From NCBI RefSeq assembly GCF_009914755.1, contig NC_060932.1: 64,000 bases of DNA; one strand, 5' to 3'. The notes beneath the pieces are model-generated. The model worked only from the letters and a program-made list of their open reading frames with translations, was not told the DNA's origin and ran no database searches. Source of the stretch: the human T2T-CHM13v2.0 reference genome, Homo sapiens. Shown here piece after piece: positions 1-14,057 of this stretch; position 1 is the first letter of the stretch; every line of letters starts with the position of its first letter. Position numbers and translations under genes: made by a program.

Positions 1-96
1 GATTTGATCATTATATATTATACATAGGTATCAAAATATCACATGTACCCCCTAAAATATACATAACTATGATATATTGATAAAAAATACAAAAAA
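1..96 (+). mobile_element. L1M (L1MA/MB-type) 3' end fragment
   Basis: tatcaaaatatcacatgtacccc...aaatatacataactat followed by an A-rich tail resembles old L1 3' UTR termini. Confidence 0.7.
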
Positions 97-133
97 CCCA
101 ACATGGCCCAGCTTTGAAACTACAACAAATATA

Positions 134-677
134 CAGCAGTTACCCTTTATCTACAGTTTTGCTTTCTGTGGTTTCAGTTATCATGGCCCAAAAATATTAA
201 ATGGAAAATTCCAGGAATAAGCAATTCATAAGTTTTGAATTGCATGCTATTCTAAGTAGCATGGTGAAGTCTCACACTATCTTGCTCCATCCGGCCCACG
301 ACATGAATCATCCCCTTGTCCAGTGTTTCTATGCTGTACGCGCTAGCTGCCCATTAGTCATCTAGCAGCCATCTCAGTTATTAAATCGACCGTCATGGTA
401 TCACAGTGCCTGTGTTCAAGTAATCCTTCTTTTACTTGATAATGACCTCAAAGAGCAAGAGTAGTGACGTTGGCATATTGTTATCATTGTTCTATTTTAT
501 TATTAGTTATTATTGTTCATCTCTTATGGTGCTTAATTTTCAAATTAAACTTTATCATAGATACACATGCATAGGAAAAAAAACCCAGTACATATAAGGG
601 TTCAGTTCAATACTCAGTTGCAGGCGTCTGCTGGTTGTCTTGTTACGTATCCCCTGAGGATAAGGGCGGGATTACAG
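134..677 (+). mobile_element. MER44B (TcMar-Tigger7-derived MITE)
   Basis: Termini cagcagttaccctttatc...gataagggcgggattacag flanked by TA on both sides (132-133, 678-679); MER44 core tattgttatcattgttctattttattattagtta. Confidence 0.85.
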
Positions 678-1062
678 TAACGTCATTTATAAGAGCATGA
701 ACCACTTCCACTTCAGTGTTTTTCCATCGCTTGTAATTTACTTATTTCATCAAATTCTGATCTTCACAAGATTAATTAACACAGGAAATTGGTCCCCCAG
801 TTGTGATTAAAACTAGATTTTTTTTTTTATATTTCAATATATGCTTTTTTGGGGGCTTATTCTGCTTCCTGCACATTATAGGATTTACTATATTTACAAG
901 GGACTGATTAAAAGAAGAGGATTTGTCTCAGTGACTGTGTGTCTCCTGTTACTACTCCAAGCTCAGGCCTTGCCATGTGCTGCAACCTGCACTGATGGAC
1001 ACGGAGGACAGGGATGAGTGTGGACAGAATGCCTGCAATGTGCCAGATTCAGAACTGACATG

Positions 1063-1372
1063 GGCCAGGTGCAGTGGCTCATGCCTCTAATCCCAACACT
1101 TTGGGAGGCCAAGGCAGGAGGATTGCTCAAGGCCAGGAGTTCAAGACCAGCCTGGGCAACAAAGCAAGATTTCATATCTACAAAATAAAAATAAACATAA
1201 AAATATTAGCCTGGCATGGTGGCATGTGCCTGTCTTCCCAGCTACTTGGGAAGCTGAGGTGGGAGAATTGTAGGAATTTGAAGCTGCAGTGAGATGTGAC
1301 TGTGGCACTGCACTAAACAGCCTAGGTGACAGAGTGTGAGACACTGTCTTAAACAAAATAAAAAAGAAAAGA
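1063..1372 (+). mobile_element. AluJ
   Basis: Dimeric Alu with J-type ggaggattgctc / cctgggcaaca; degenerate TSD aactgacatg / aacagacatg. Confidence 0.9.
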
Positions 1373-1384
1373 ATAACAGACATG

Positions 1385-1560
1385 ATCTCATTTCACTCTC
1401 AAAAAAATAAATAAATAAATAAATAAATAAACCTGGAAAGTAGGTCTTGCTAGTATACCCATTTTGCAGATAGGGAATAGCATGTCTAGTAAATGGTGGT
1501 ACCTGGTCTTGTCTGAATCTAAAGTTTATCCTTGTCCCACAGCCTCTTGGTCCTAACCAC
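1385..1560 (-). mobile_element. MIR with an internal (AAAT)n expansion at ~1401-1430
   Basis: atctcattt...gtagg...cccattttgcagataggg matches the MIR core in reverse; the AAAT run sits where the consensus has acaacaa. Confidence 0.6.
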
Positions 1561-1714
1561 ATTTCTTTCAAAATGCTTCCAGGCATTGGATGTGGAAGAT
1601 CTGCTTTCAAACTGCATGGATAAAGGTTGGAAATATCACCCTCCTAGCTTAAGACTTAGGCTTCCTCTGCCCAAACACTTATCAAATTGATTGTAGTGGC
1701 TGATTTCATTGCTT

Positions 1715-1833
1715 TTCTTTCCTGCTAGACTGTAGGTTTTATGAGGCAGGGACTCAGTTTGTTTTGCTAACTATGAATTCTATGTCTCTGGTACATTGTA
1801 GGTGCTCAAGAAATATGTGTTGAATGAATAAAT
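1715..1833 (+). mobile_element. L2 3' end
   Basis: ctagactgtagg...aggcagggac...gtaggtgctcaagaaatatgtgttgaatgaat. Confidence 0.8.
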
Positions 1834-2599
1834 CCCATTTTATAGCTGAGGGGCCTCCATTCCCAAGAAGTTAATAAAATGTGGAGTCAAGACTCAAATT
1901 TACTCCCTGCCTCAGAGTTGGCCTACTTCCTACTCTTTAAAAGGTTTTGGGATGAGGTGTTGTTGGTGTTTGTGAAGAGGGAGGAAGAGGCCAAAGTTAG
2001 GAATACATAATTAAACAGAAATGTCCTGGGGAGACTTTTGTGTCAGCCCCTCTTCTGAGGGTCACTCTGATAAGCCAACAAGGAGAATTCCTTGTAGCAG
2101 TAGAGCTACTGCGTTGAGGAAGAGGCAATCCCAAGGCCTGTGTGCCAGGAGGAGGGCAGCCACTGATTAGAAATGTCACAGGGGCTGGTGCTATCTGATC
2201 CCTATTTTCCTAAGCTCCTGCTATCCCTAGAGACTTTAGGCTGCATGGGGCATTTTGGAAGCTGCTCACTTTGGACCACACAGTCAAGTAGAAAGAGCCA
2301 GAGCATTGGAGATGTGGATAGAGCCCCAAATTCAGACCCTGCCTGTATCCTCTGTGCCTTTTTGTAGCTAGTCATTAATTCTTTGAGCCAATTTCAATAA
2401 CTCCAGCCTCAAGTAACCCTGGCTTCCATCTGCCCCACCATTCCCAGGATGGCACAGAGGATGCATTAACAAGCCATCATGAGAGTGAACAATTGAGGCA
2501 GTTTGTCTTATAATGTGGGCCTCGTGTTCTCCATTGACCTCCTGGGGCTTCAGTCCTCATCCTAGCAACAACTCACTAATGGGCTTTGCTTGGTGTCAC

Positions 2600-2900
2600 A
2601 TGGTGGCACATGCATGGGACAGAGAGTGGTCTTGGAGCCAGCTGCCCAGGTATGAATCCCAGCTCTCCCCCTCTACTGCTTCATGACCTGGGGAAGGTTA
2701 CCAATGGCCCACTGCCTTCCCCAGTCTGCAAGACAGGGTTAGGAAGGAAATCTCCTGCAAAGGCCTGATCAGAAAAGGAAGTGAAATTTTATATATAAAA
2801 ACACTTACCCATGTGGCTGGCATATGGGAAGTTCTCAGTTCAAGTACTGGCCTCATGGGCTTTGGACTATTCCAGGTTAAATGAGATAATGATGACAAAA
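2600..2900 (+). mobile_element. MIR (degraded)
   Basis: ggtatgaatcccagctct...tgacctggggaaggtta and ttaaatgagataat core motifs. Confidence 0.6.
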
Positions 2901-3059
2901 ACACTTTGCACAAAATTACAGGAGCTGCATGACATCCTGTGCACCATGGGACCCTGTTGTCAGTTACCCAGGGGCCCCTGAACCAACAAGAATTTTCAAC
3001 CTTGTGACCATGTATTACTTGTCTTCTCTGATCATAATGACAATCCACTACCTTGCCAG

Positions 3060-3370
3060 TCCTGCAAACTCTTACTCATCCTTCAATATTTGTGTCATCT
3101 CCTCCAGGCGGCCTTCCTTGACTTTCCCAGGCATTGTTCCTTGTTCTGTCTGCTGTTTACAAAGCCCTTGATATACATGTCCAGACTCACACAAGTTTCG
3201 TGGTTCTATAATGGTCTGGGTAGTGCTGGTTTCTCTAACCCCAAGGCTCTGAGCTCAGAGACTCCAAGCTCTTGGGAGGGCTCACCAATTAATCCCACTC
3301 AGCTCTGTACCCAGCATAGGGGCTGGCACATGGAAGGCCTGTAATTCATGCTGTCTTTAATTGAAGTCTG
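3060..3370 (+). mobile_element. L2 fragment
   Basis: aactcttactcatccttcaat...tcatctcctccaggcggccttccttgact...cccagcataggggctggcacat. Confidence 0.65.
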
Positions 3371-4345
3371 ATGATTCGCAGAAATAATTTATGAAATTTG
3401 AAAAGAATTATCTGATCTTTTGCAGGCCTCAGTACAGTACTGGGCTATGAATAGAGATTTAAATTATTCGCTTTCTTAGACTTTTAAAAAATCTTTTTAT
3501 AATGGAAGAAAATGCAGTAACACGTTGTGTGGATGTATGTAATTTTTTTTTTCCTCCAAGAATTTGTTTTCTGCCTCATTAATAGAAATCTCCCACACAT
3601 TGCAAGAAGAACCTTTTTCTCCCCCTTGCCAGGAAGGACAGCTAAGAAATGACTTGTACTTGTGCATTTTTTTTTCCAGTGGGCATGGAATAGATAATTG
3701 CTTAAAGCTGAATTTTGGGCTGCTGATAATACAATTAGGGTCTTGGGCATAATTGTTCCTGCATAACCTGATGCCTTTTATTCTCCATGGTTCTGACTTC
3801 TGAATCTGGTTCTCTTGGCAACAGCGTATCTTTCTGTGGGAGAAAGGAACACAGCCATTTGGGGGTATTCTTTACTCAGCAGATAAGAAAGAGGTAACAC
3901 CTGAGAAAATAGACAGTAAATTGTGGGTATTGCTGGATTAATAATTGAGACTTTTATGAATATGCAGTTACATCAATGTCTGAAACAGAAATAAATTTCC
4001 CTGCAACTGTGACGTGAGCCCAGCATCTCTTTCCTCCCACCAGTTACTCCTGGCATGTCAGAAAATGAGATATTGAATCATCTCTTTTGTGCCTTGCACT
4101 CTAGCCACATGACACTGGCAGGCTGAGAGGGGAGGCTGAAGTTTGCTGCTCGCTAGGTTAATTTATAATCTTCCATTTTCTAGTCTTCTCCAAGGACTCA
4201 AAGGAGAAGTGGCAAGGTGCTATGAAAAAAGCTAGAACTGGGTGATAGGACGTTTGGGTTACAGCACTGGACATGAGAGGCCACTCTATTCACCACACTG
4301 AACCTCAGTGTCTTAGCCTGGGATGAGGAGGATGTGGGTTTGAGT

Positions 4346-4683
4346 CAGAGGGTGCAAACCATCGGCCTAAGGGCCTTAACTACCCTCAGACTTGTGTGTT
4401 TAGCGTAGAGAGTATGCACACAAAAAAAACTGAGTTACTTGTCAACACTAAAAATTTAGAATAGGTTTCATAAAACACCAAATTGCTGCCTTCTTTTGGT
4501 AACGGAGAGATCTAGAAGTCGTAGGTCCACATTTCTGCAACAGAGCTGGAACTTGACAGTTCTTTTCATGAATCTCCTTGGTTTACCACAATCCCCACTG
4601 CTCCCTACTGTACTACACTGAAGTTGTTTCCCTCATTTATGTGGCCTGCCTAGCCCCTAGAGGCATTCAGTTTATGACCCCTG
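4346..4683. mobile_element. MER102-like hAT-Charlie MITE inserted in a MIR
   Basis: Termini cagagggtgcaaac...gtttatgacccctg; terminal tagcccctagaggcattcagttt resembles MER102. Confidence 0.65.
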
Positions 4684-5827
4684 GAGCTTAGGGATCTTGA
4701 AGTTCCCTTCTAAACTTGTCAATATCTGGCTAAGACACATGGGTCCTTATTTGACATCAGTTCCCATTTTATGGGCCCAGCATGCTTCCGCTGCACAACT
4801 CTGCTATCTCAGTTCCCATTTTTGGATGCAGAAATTGAGGTTTGGCAAGGACAATGACCACATCCACGGTCATGAGGGTTATCAGTGGTGGAGCCAGTAA
4901 TAGGACTGTGGACTCTTGGCTCCCAGTCAGTGGTCATCTCTAAGAGTTGTACTTCAGTTTCCTTCCTGGGACTGCCTTGGTCCTGTGTCTGTCTACACCA
5001 AGAGAAGATCAAGATGTGCACATCTAAGATGAAATGATCTTTACAGACCACTTGGAATGAGCCTGAGTTATCACTTAGCAAAGCATTCTGGAGGCAAAGC
5101 TGCCAGTTCAGATCGAGTTTGAACCTGAGAAAAACCCCAATCACTTTGGATAGTTAGAAAAATACCAAATCTTTACATGTTGAGCACTTAGCAATTTTTA
5201 TAGTACTTTTGACATTTAATAGCTCCGATTCTTGAATTGGTGAATTGTGTGTAAATTTTGACTCTGCTGCTTTCTAGCTCTGTAACTTGGATTCTTGGTT
5301 TGTAACACAGGGATGGCAGTATGAACTCCTGACCTTATGTGGTTGGTATGAACGCTCAATGTGCAGTGTTGTATGAAGCTTGTGTCACCTGCATAGCACA
5401 GTATCTGGCTGATTTCAAGACCTAACTGTATACACAGGACTTGCTTACTGTTTTCCAGACATTCACTCAGTGATTAATATTATCCCAATTTACAATTATA
5501 GAGTTGAGTCTCAGTGCCAATAAGACATTTTATTTAAGGTTATGTGGCTAAGAAATATTAACATTCTGCATAATTTCAAATCATGTAATTTTTTATAACA
5601 CCCCAGTTGTTCCTCCTCATTCTCATCCTTATGTTGTTTCCTTTATGAAATTCTGAATCAACTCGGAATTGAGTTTCAGTTTTCCTTCTGCAAAAGGAAA
5701 GGATTGCACCAGATGAACTTGAAGGCCCTTCCCAAGCCTGAGAGTCTGTGATTTCACTAATGAATAAAGAGGAAAAGGATAACATTAAAGAATGCTTATC
5801 CTTAAATTATAAAAAATATAAATCTAA

Positions 5828-6148
<321 letters not shown>

Positions 6149-6589
6149 TAAATTGTATTTTACTCCATTCCTTAAAAAAGGATCAGATAATTAAAATAAT
6201 TAGCATGAATATAAGAAAGAGTTATTTTTTTTCTTACATTTAATTTTCATTTTCTCTTTTCCGTCTCCCTTTAAAAGTTCGTTTGTACAGGACAGACATT
6301 GGGGACTGGTCAGAAATCTCTCCTTCTGTTCCATGCCCTCCATTTTGGTTCAGAAAATAGTTCCAAGAAGCCATTATTGACAAAGATTAGCCCAGGGTTC
6401 CAGGAACAAAAGCCCAGATCCTTGTATTAGCACTCCCACAGCAGGGGACAAAAGGGCAGTGACTACAAAAGGAAATTTGAACACACCCTCTGATTTTTAA
6501 AATTAGTCTCAAGATCTGTTCCTTTTCTTTTTTTCGGGGGAGATTATTACAGGCGTAGCAATGAATAGTCCTCAGTGATTTCCTTTTCC

Positions 6590-7131
6590 TTTTTTTTTTT
6601 TTTCTCCTTTATTTTGGTGGCGAAAAAAATTGTTATATTTAGGATTAGTCAGCTGGACTCTGTTACATGATCGCAATTTTGCTGGTAATATCCAAAGCAT
6701 CTTAGGGCAGATCAAATGCACTCCTCTTCACTCAATCAGACCAGATCAGGGTGTCGACCTTGGCCAGTCAAGGTCATAGAGCTTCATCACAGCTTGTTTG
6801 ATCTGGTGCTTATTGGCCTTGATGTCTACAGTGAACATAAGTGTGCTGTTGCCTTTGATCTTCTCCATGGCCAACTCCATTGTCAGGGGAAATTTGATGA
6901 TGGAGTAGTGGTCAGGCTTGTTTCCCCTGGTGGTGCTCTTAGAGAATTTGGGCTGCCTTGAGAGCCACAGTATCTTATTCCACTGAAATGTGGATGATAT
7001 GCAATTTTCATTTGTTTTTTGGCATGAATGTTTTTTAGCACTGCCTTCTTGGCCTTTAAAGCCTCTGTTTGGCTTTGGTTTTAGGAGAGGTCAAAGCTTC
7101 CTTCTTTGTGTTTGGTTCTATCTTTGTGAAA
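6590..7131 (-). pseudogene. RPL23A: Processed pseudogene of 60S ribosomal protein L23a (uL23)
   Basis: Minus strand translates to [63 protein letters not shown], versus RPL23[65 protein letters not shown]. Intronless; start decayed to ATA (7119-7121); frameshifts; stop at 6663-6665; poly(A) at ~6590-6615; degenerate TSD. Confidence 0.93.
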
Positions 7132-7475
7132 ATATCCTATTCTTTTTTAAAATAACTTTTCTCCATCTATAAAAGTAAATAAAAAAATAGTATTATTTGT
7201 GGTAGAAATTGTAGAAAATAGTAAACTTTAAAAAAGTTTTTTTTTTAAATGGTGAGCATATTCCCAGATAGAACCATGATATAAATATACTTATAGATAC
7301 TTTTTCCTACCATTTATTTTTCCTGTAATGAACATATGCCTTGCTGAATATACAGATTTATATTCAGGTATTAAACTTAACTTTAGTTGTGAGCATTTCT
7401 CCCATGTCAGCATATTTTTAAAAAATGACTTTGATGACTGTATCCTTCAGGCATGGATCTACTGCGGTGTACTCC

Positions 7476-7817
<342 letters not shown>

Positions 7818-7899
7818 TAGATGATGTTACCATGAATATGCTCTACATTTATCTTGATTTACATGTCTGATTATTTCAGCTGGTAAGTATTTCTCAAGG

Positions 7900-8085
7900 C
7901 TTTTATTGTTTTAAATCTTTTTATTTGTTATTGATATGTAATAGATATACATACTTTGGGGTTATGTGTGATAATTTGACACACTGGTGTAATGTGTAAA
8001 CATTAAATCAGGGTAACTGGGATATCCATCACCTTAAATATTTATCTTTAGGGTAAGGACATTCAAATTATTCTCTTCTAGCTCA
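7900..8085 (-). mobile_element. L1MA 3' fragment (older L1ME-like pieces also at ~7150-7470 and ~7780-7900)
   Basis: atacatactttggggttatgtgtgataattt...aaatcagggtaactgggatatccatcacc...ttctcttctagct. Confidence 0.75.
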
Positions 8086-8351
8086 AGACTTTTAAAGTAT
8101 TGGACTGAATGTTTCATTTGCTCAACCCAAATCCTAATGATCTTGCTGATTCTGTCCTCTCCCCCACGCACTGCCCTTGGAGGAAACCCCAAATTATTTG
8201 GCAACTGTTTAAAGCAGGGTATGATATGGCTCCTTTCCAGCCACTCAGCCTCTTCCTCACACTGTCCCCACATATAATTGATAGTTCTGCCGGTTTTAAC
8301 TGTCTGCAGCATCTACCTCACCATGCTTGTTCACATCTCTGTGTTTTAGCT

Positions 8352-9048
<697 letters not shown>

Positions 9049-9239
9049 CATTAGTTCTGTCTTCCTGGTATATCATTCTCTCCTGATAGACTAACTGCTA
9101 TTCATCTCATGGGTCCTAGGAAAGATGCCCTGACCTTAAGTTTAAGTTAGATCCTTCCTTCCTTGGGGTCTTTGAGCATTTTGTGCTTTTTTTCATCTCA
9201 GCACAAAAAATTGCAATTGTTTATTTATTTTCTTTATCC

Positions 9240-9480
9240 CTAAACAAGCATTTATTGAACTCCTATATGTGCCAGCCTCTATGTGAGAATGTAGTGATGG
9301 AAAAATAATTTTTTTTTCCTTTGAGAAGCTTAGAGACTAGTGTTGCTTCTGCTTTGGCAATGGGAACCCAGAGAAAAACTTCCAATCTAGTCCAGGACAT
9401 GGGCTAGATTGGGGACTGTGTCAGGAAAGGATTCCAGGTAGAGGTAACTCTGAGCTGAGTTATAGAGAATAATAGGTTAG
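9240..9480 (-). mobile_element. L2 3' fragment
   Basis: aacaagcatttattgaactcctatatgtgccag...gtcaggaaaggattccagg. Confidence 0.7.
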
Positions 9481-10610
9481 TATACATCTATTTAACACAA
9501 AAGAAGGCAGTAAAGGAGAAGCAGAGCAACAAACATGACAGAAACATATAGAAAATAAACAACAACAGGGCAAACATAAATCCAATCACATCGATTGTTA
9601 TATTAAATACTCCAGTTAGAAGGCAGAGATTGTAAGACTAGATGAAAACATCCCAGGATCTGACCATATGGTGTCTACAAAAGAACCACTTTAGACTCAA
9701 AACACAAGTAGGTTGAAAGTAAAAAAAAGTAAAAAGATATATTATCAAACAGTATCCAAGCTGGAGTGTCTCTACTAACAAGCTGGAGTGGCTATAGTAG
9801 CATTAGACAAAATAGACTTTAAAATAAAATGGATGTTACTAGAGACAAAGATATTTAATAGAGATAAAGGTTCAATTTATCAGGAAGCTATAAAAATGAT
9901 AAACATATATGCAACTAACAACAGAGCTCTAAAACCAAAAGGATTAAAAGGTGCAATAGAAAATTTGACAATAATAATTGAAGATTTCACTACTTACTCG
10001 CAATAATTAATAGAAAATATAATAAGCAAAAAATCAGGAAGGACATGGAAGAATTAAAATGACACTACCAACTAACTCAACTAACATGACTTAAATGACT
10101 TCTGTAGAACACTCCACTCAACAATAGTAGAATGTACACTTTTTTTGTTTTTTTAAGAGACAGGGTTTTGCTCTGTCACCCAGGTTAGAGTGCAATGGCA
10201 TAATGATAAATCACTGTAACCTTGAATGCCTGGGCTCAAGTGATCCTCCAGCTTCAGTCTCCCTGAGTAGCTAGGACTACAGCTATATGTCATGATGCCT
10301 GGCTAATTTTTAATTTTTTTTTTTTTTTTTTTTTTTGTGGAGTATGGTCTTGCTGTGTTGTGTTGCTGGTCTTGGACTCCTCACTTTCAAAAGATCCTCC
10401 TGCCTAGGCCTCCCAAAGGGCTGGGATTATAGGCATAAGCCAGTCTGCCCAGCCCCAAAATACACATTCAAGTATATATTAAATATTCTTTATGTGCTAG
10501 GCCATAAAACAAGTCTCAGTAAATTTAAATAAATTGAAATAATACAAAGTATGTTTTCTGACCATAGACGAATTACATTAGAAATCAACAACAGAGGAAA
10601 ATTTGAGAAA
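9480..10610 (+). mobile_element. L1M fragment: inter-ORF region plus ORF2 endonuclease domain, interrupted by AluJ
   Basis: ORF 9788-10006 (LDKIDFK...KGSIYQE...INIYATNNRA...TIIIEDF) matches L1 APE-endonuclease motifs; SDH-like tctgaccat at ~10557. Confidence 0.85.
10140..10454 (-). mobile_element. AluJ with expanded middle A-tract
   Basis: Reverse Alu with cctgggctcaagtgatcctcc; long T run at ~10314-10336. Confidence 0.9.
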
Positions 10611-10847
10611 CCAGTCCTCACTGGGGTTTGCAGCCCAAATTCACCCTCTCTGGGTCGTTCAACAAAATTTTAAGCCAATAAATTAATTTTAAATGGCTCT
10701 AAGTTGATAGAACTTTCAGAAGACTATTATAGGGAAATACAAATTATTTCTGAAAGAACTCACCTTTAACTCCGGCCTCAAAGAATTCCCACTGATAAAG
10801 TTCCAAGAAATATGAGCTGATGTTAACAGTCACAAAGTCATCCCCCA

Positions 10848-10868
10848 ACACACACACACACACACACA
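10848..10868. repeat. (CA)n microsatellite
   Basis: About 10 CA units seen directly. Confidence 0.9.
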
Positions 10869-12951
10869 ACAAGGCATCTTGAGTGAGAACCAGTAAGAAT
10901 AAATAACAGACTGTGAGATCAGATATTGAAGTTATCTGGGCCAGGTTACCCAGTTAAGATGTTTCTATATTGAAATAAATAAATAAATTGAAAATGAGGA
11001 AAGCATAAGAACAACAAATGTAAATAATTAGATTTGAATAAAAAACCAAAACAATTTCTATGAATGAAAAATAATTGAAATTAAAAACTCAATAGATAGA
11101 ATTTAACAGCATATTATGCACAACTGAAGAAAGAATTTACTAGAAGATAGACTTACAGAAATTACTCAGGGTGTACCAATTAGAGATAAAGAGATGCAAA
11201 AAAAAAAGGAAGCAAGATTAACTTGTGTGGGATTTAAATGAGAAGCTGTGAACATCAGTTTACAATTTCAGATGGAGAGGGGAGAGAACAGGGTAGAGGT
11301 AATATTTGAAAAAATAATGGTTGTGAATTAACCTACGTTGATGAAAGACACACATCTGCAAATGTGGAAGTTCTGGTGAATCTCAGGCAGGATAAAATAA
11401 AATAAAAAACACACCTAGGCACAGCCTGATAGAATTGCAGAATGCCAAAGAGAGAAGATCGTAAGAGCACAGAGAAAAAACATACAGGTAATTTACAAAG
11501 AAACAGCAAATACACCAACAGCTGATTTCTTAATAGCTACAATGGAACATAGAAAACAGTAGAATAATATATTCAAAGTGCTATGAAAAAATAACTGATA
11601 ATTTAAATGTCTCTCAAGAATGAGGAGAAAAGAAAGGCAAAAACTGAGAAAATTGACCACCAACTAACACTCAGTGAAGTAATCATGAAGACTGTATTTT
11701 AGGCAGAACAAAAATAATTCCAGATGGAAGGTTTGAGATGCAAGAAGAAATGATGGTAAGGAAAGCAGTAAATATATGGGTAAATCAAAACAAACTTTAA
11801 TAATATAGAACAGTAAAAATGATATGTTGTGGAGTTTTAAAGAATATAAGTAAAATACACAAGCATAATAGAACATAAGATCAGAAGGGAGTGAAGGGAA
11901 TAAAAATGTTCCAAGATCTTAGATTCTGAAATGCTAAGTGTGCTAAATAAACATTTTAGAATTTCTAGGATAAGCTAGAAATATAGGCCATAACTTCTCA
12001 TCCAGTAGATAGAAATACATGGAATGAGAAAAATATCAATTAAAAAGTAAAATAATATAAGGAAAAGGAGCAAAGGAAACATGTAAGATACACATAGCAC
12101 AGAACTTAATGATAGAGATAAACCCAAGTATATCCACAAGTTCTGTGAAGACAAATATTATCATACTTGTTTATGAAAATCTATCAATGTGATATTCATA
12201 ATGACCTCAAACATAGGACATGAAAAAGACAAAAATGCCCATAATTATATTCTTGGCAAATACTACACAGAAGAATTTGGCAAAACTGTTGCAATATTAG
12301 GTAAAAATTAGTTTAAGAAAATACTTTTGCTAGAGATAAAGAGATTCACTATATAATGAAATAAATTTCCATTCCTAGGAAGATATAACTAATTACGCTT
12401 GTATCTATCAAATTACATAGCCACAATCTATATGAGGCAAAGATTGACAGAACTAGAAAAATAAATAGATAATTCCCGCACCACAGGAGATTTTTAACAC
12501 TTTACTCTCAATAATTGATAGTGTAAATACCCAAATCATCAGTAAGGATAAGTAAGATTCGGACAATACAATTATGAAGCTTGAGCTAAAAGATACATCT
12601 AGGGTGTTTTACCCAACAATTGCAGAAAACAGCTGTTTTTCACTCGTTCAAGGAGCATATGAAAACTAACATACATTAGGCCACAAAACCAAGCAAAACA
12701 TTCAGATATTTGGTATCATAAAAACTATGTTTTCTGACTTCAATGAGAATAGCCAAGAAATTGTTAACAAAAATATAACTAAAACCCTCATATGTTTGGA
12801 AAACAAATCTTTGATTCTGTGCAACTCATGCGTCCAAGAAGAAATATTTAGGAGAAAATGATATAAAAATATTCATTTTGAAAACATGGTATGCATCAAA
12901 ATGGTTACTTGGAAGTGAACTATAGACTGAAATGTTTGTATTAGGAAAAGA

Positions 12952-13072
12952 TAAAGGCCAAACCATTAGCTAAGACTCCAACTGAAGAAGTTAGAAAAAG
13001 AACAAGAGTAAAGGGCTAAACAATTAGCTAAGATTCCAACTTAAGAAGTTAGAAAAAGAACAACAGGGTAAA
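12952..13072 (+). repeat. ~57-bp tandem duplication inside L1 ORF2
   Basis: attagctaaga(c/t)tccaact(g/t)aagaagttagaaaaagaacaa occurs twice in tandem. Confidence 0.9.
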
Positions 13073-13367
13073 CTGGAGAAGGAAAAGCGCAAAATAATAA
13101 TGATATAAACAGAAATTAATGACATTGAAAATAAAAAATAGCAAACATCAACAAATCCAAAAGCTGGTTCTTTGAAAATATTAACAAAATGGACAAACCT
13201 GCGGAATGGGTGATCGAGATAGTAAAAAACATTTAAAATACATATTAAAAATATATTCAGTGATAAAATTTGTAGCTTACATTAAAAAGATAAAAAGGAC
13301 ATTATGAACAACTTATGCCAATGTATGTGAAAACCTATATGAAACAGATACATGTATTTAAAAAAAT

Positions 13368-13597
13368 CAGCTGGTGGTGTACTAAAAGGAGGATGAGAGC
13401 AAGTCTCCTCCCAGGGGGAGGAGACTTTCTTACTGACATTGTTTAGAATTGCTAGAATATGGTGTTAATAAAGAGCAGACACACATTTTGTCAACTTTAC
13501 TGAAGATTTTAAATTCTCTACAGGTAATACACCCCTTATTCCCTGCAACTGGGGAGGACTGATCTTACCTCCTCTCCACCTCCCACCTTAACACTTT
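13368..13597. mobile_element. MER91A-like hAT-Tip100 MITE
   Basis: actgacattgtttagaattgc...aataaagagcagac...ttttaaattctctacag...ccccttattccctgca. Confidence 0.7.
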
Positions 13598-13805
13598 ACA
13601 GCAAACAAAATAAATGAATACCAGCTGTATACAACAATATGCACTCACTAGCTATGTTACTTCATCTGACTCATTTAATTTTAGAGGCTTCAGTTTTATC
13701 ACGTGCAATACAAAAGAGAATTGTAACCACCTGAGGATTTCAACAGTTTAAACATCTGGGTCTCTTTCCTCTGCAAAATGGGAATAATAGGCTCTGGCTT
13801 CCCTT

Positions 13806-14057
13806 CAGTGGTGTCCAGGCAAAGATTTAAAAACTGTCTTTCTAAAAGCAAACAAATAAGTTACAACAGCAAGAACAAAACAACAACAACAAAAACCCCT
13901 GATTTGTAGCATTTGCAAATTTCCATGGTGTAAATACTTCCAACAATGGTAGCCAATTTTAAGCTACCAACATGAAGTCACTTGACTACAGCATTGGGAT
14001 GAGGTGTGCACAATCAGCTTTCATGAGCTGGTCTGAGCCAGCTCCAGCATGTCACTG
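13806..14057. mobile_element. MER63A-like hAT-Blackjack MITE
   Basis: TIRs cagtggtgt...atgtcactg; core gatttgtagcatttgcaaatttccatggtgtaaatac. Confidence 0.8.

Larger units (their letters stand above)
10611..13365 (+). mobile_element. Old L1 (L1ME-type): 5' region, decayed ORF1 and start of ORF2
   Basis: A-rich sense strand; ORF1-like ttgaaattaaaaactcaatagatag and aatatttgaaaaaataatgg; second EN domain (ggagatttttaacac, ttctgacttcaatg) and aaagctggttctttgaaaa. Confidence 0.8.

Noticed and set aside
6716-6961. 81-aa plus-strand ORF
   Set aside because: It is the antisense shadow of the RPL23A pseudogene.
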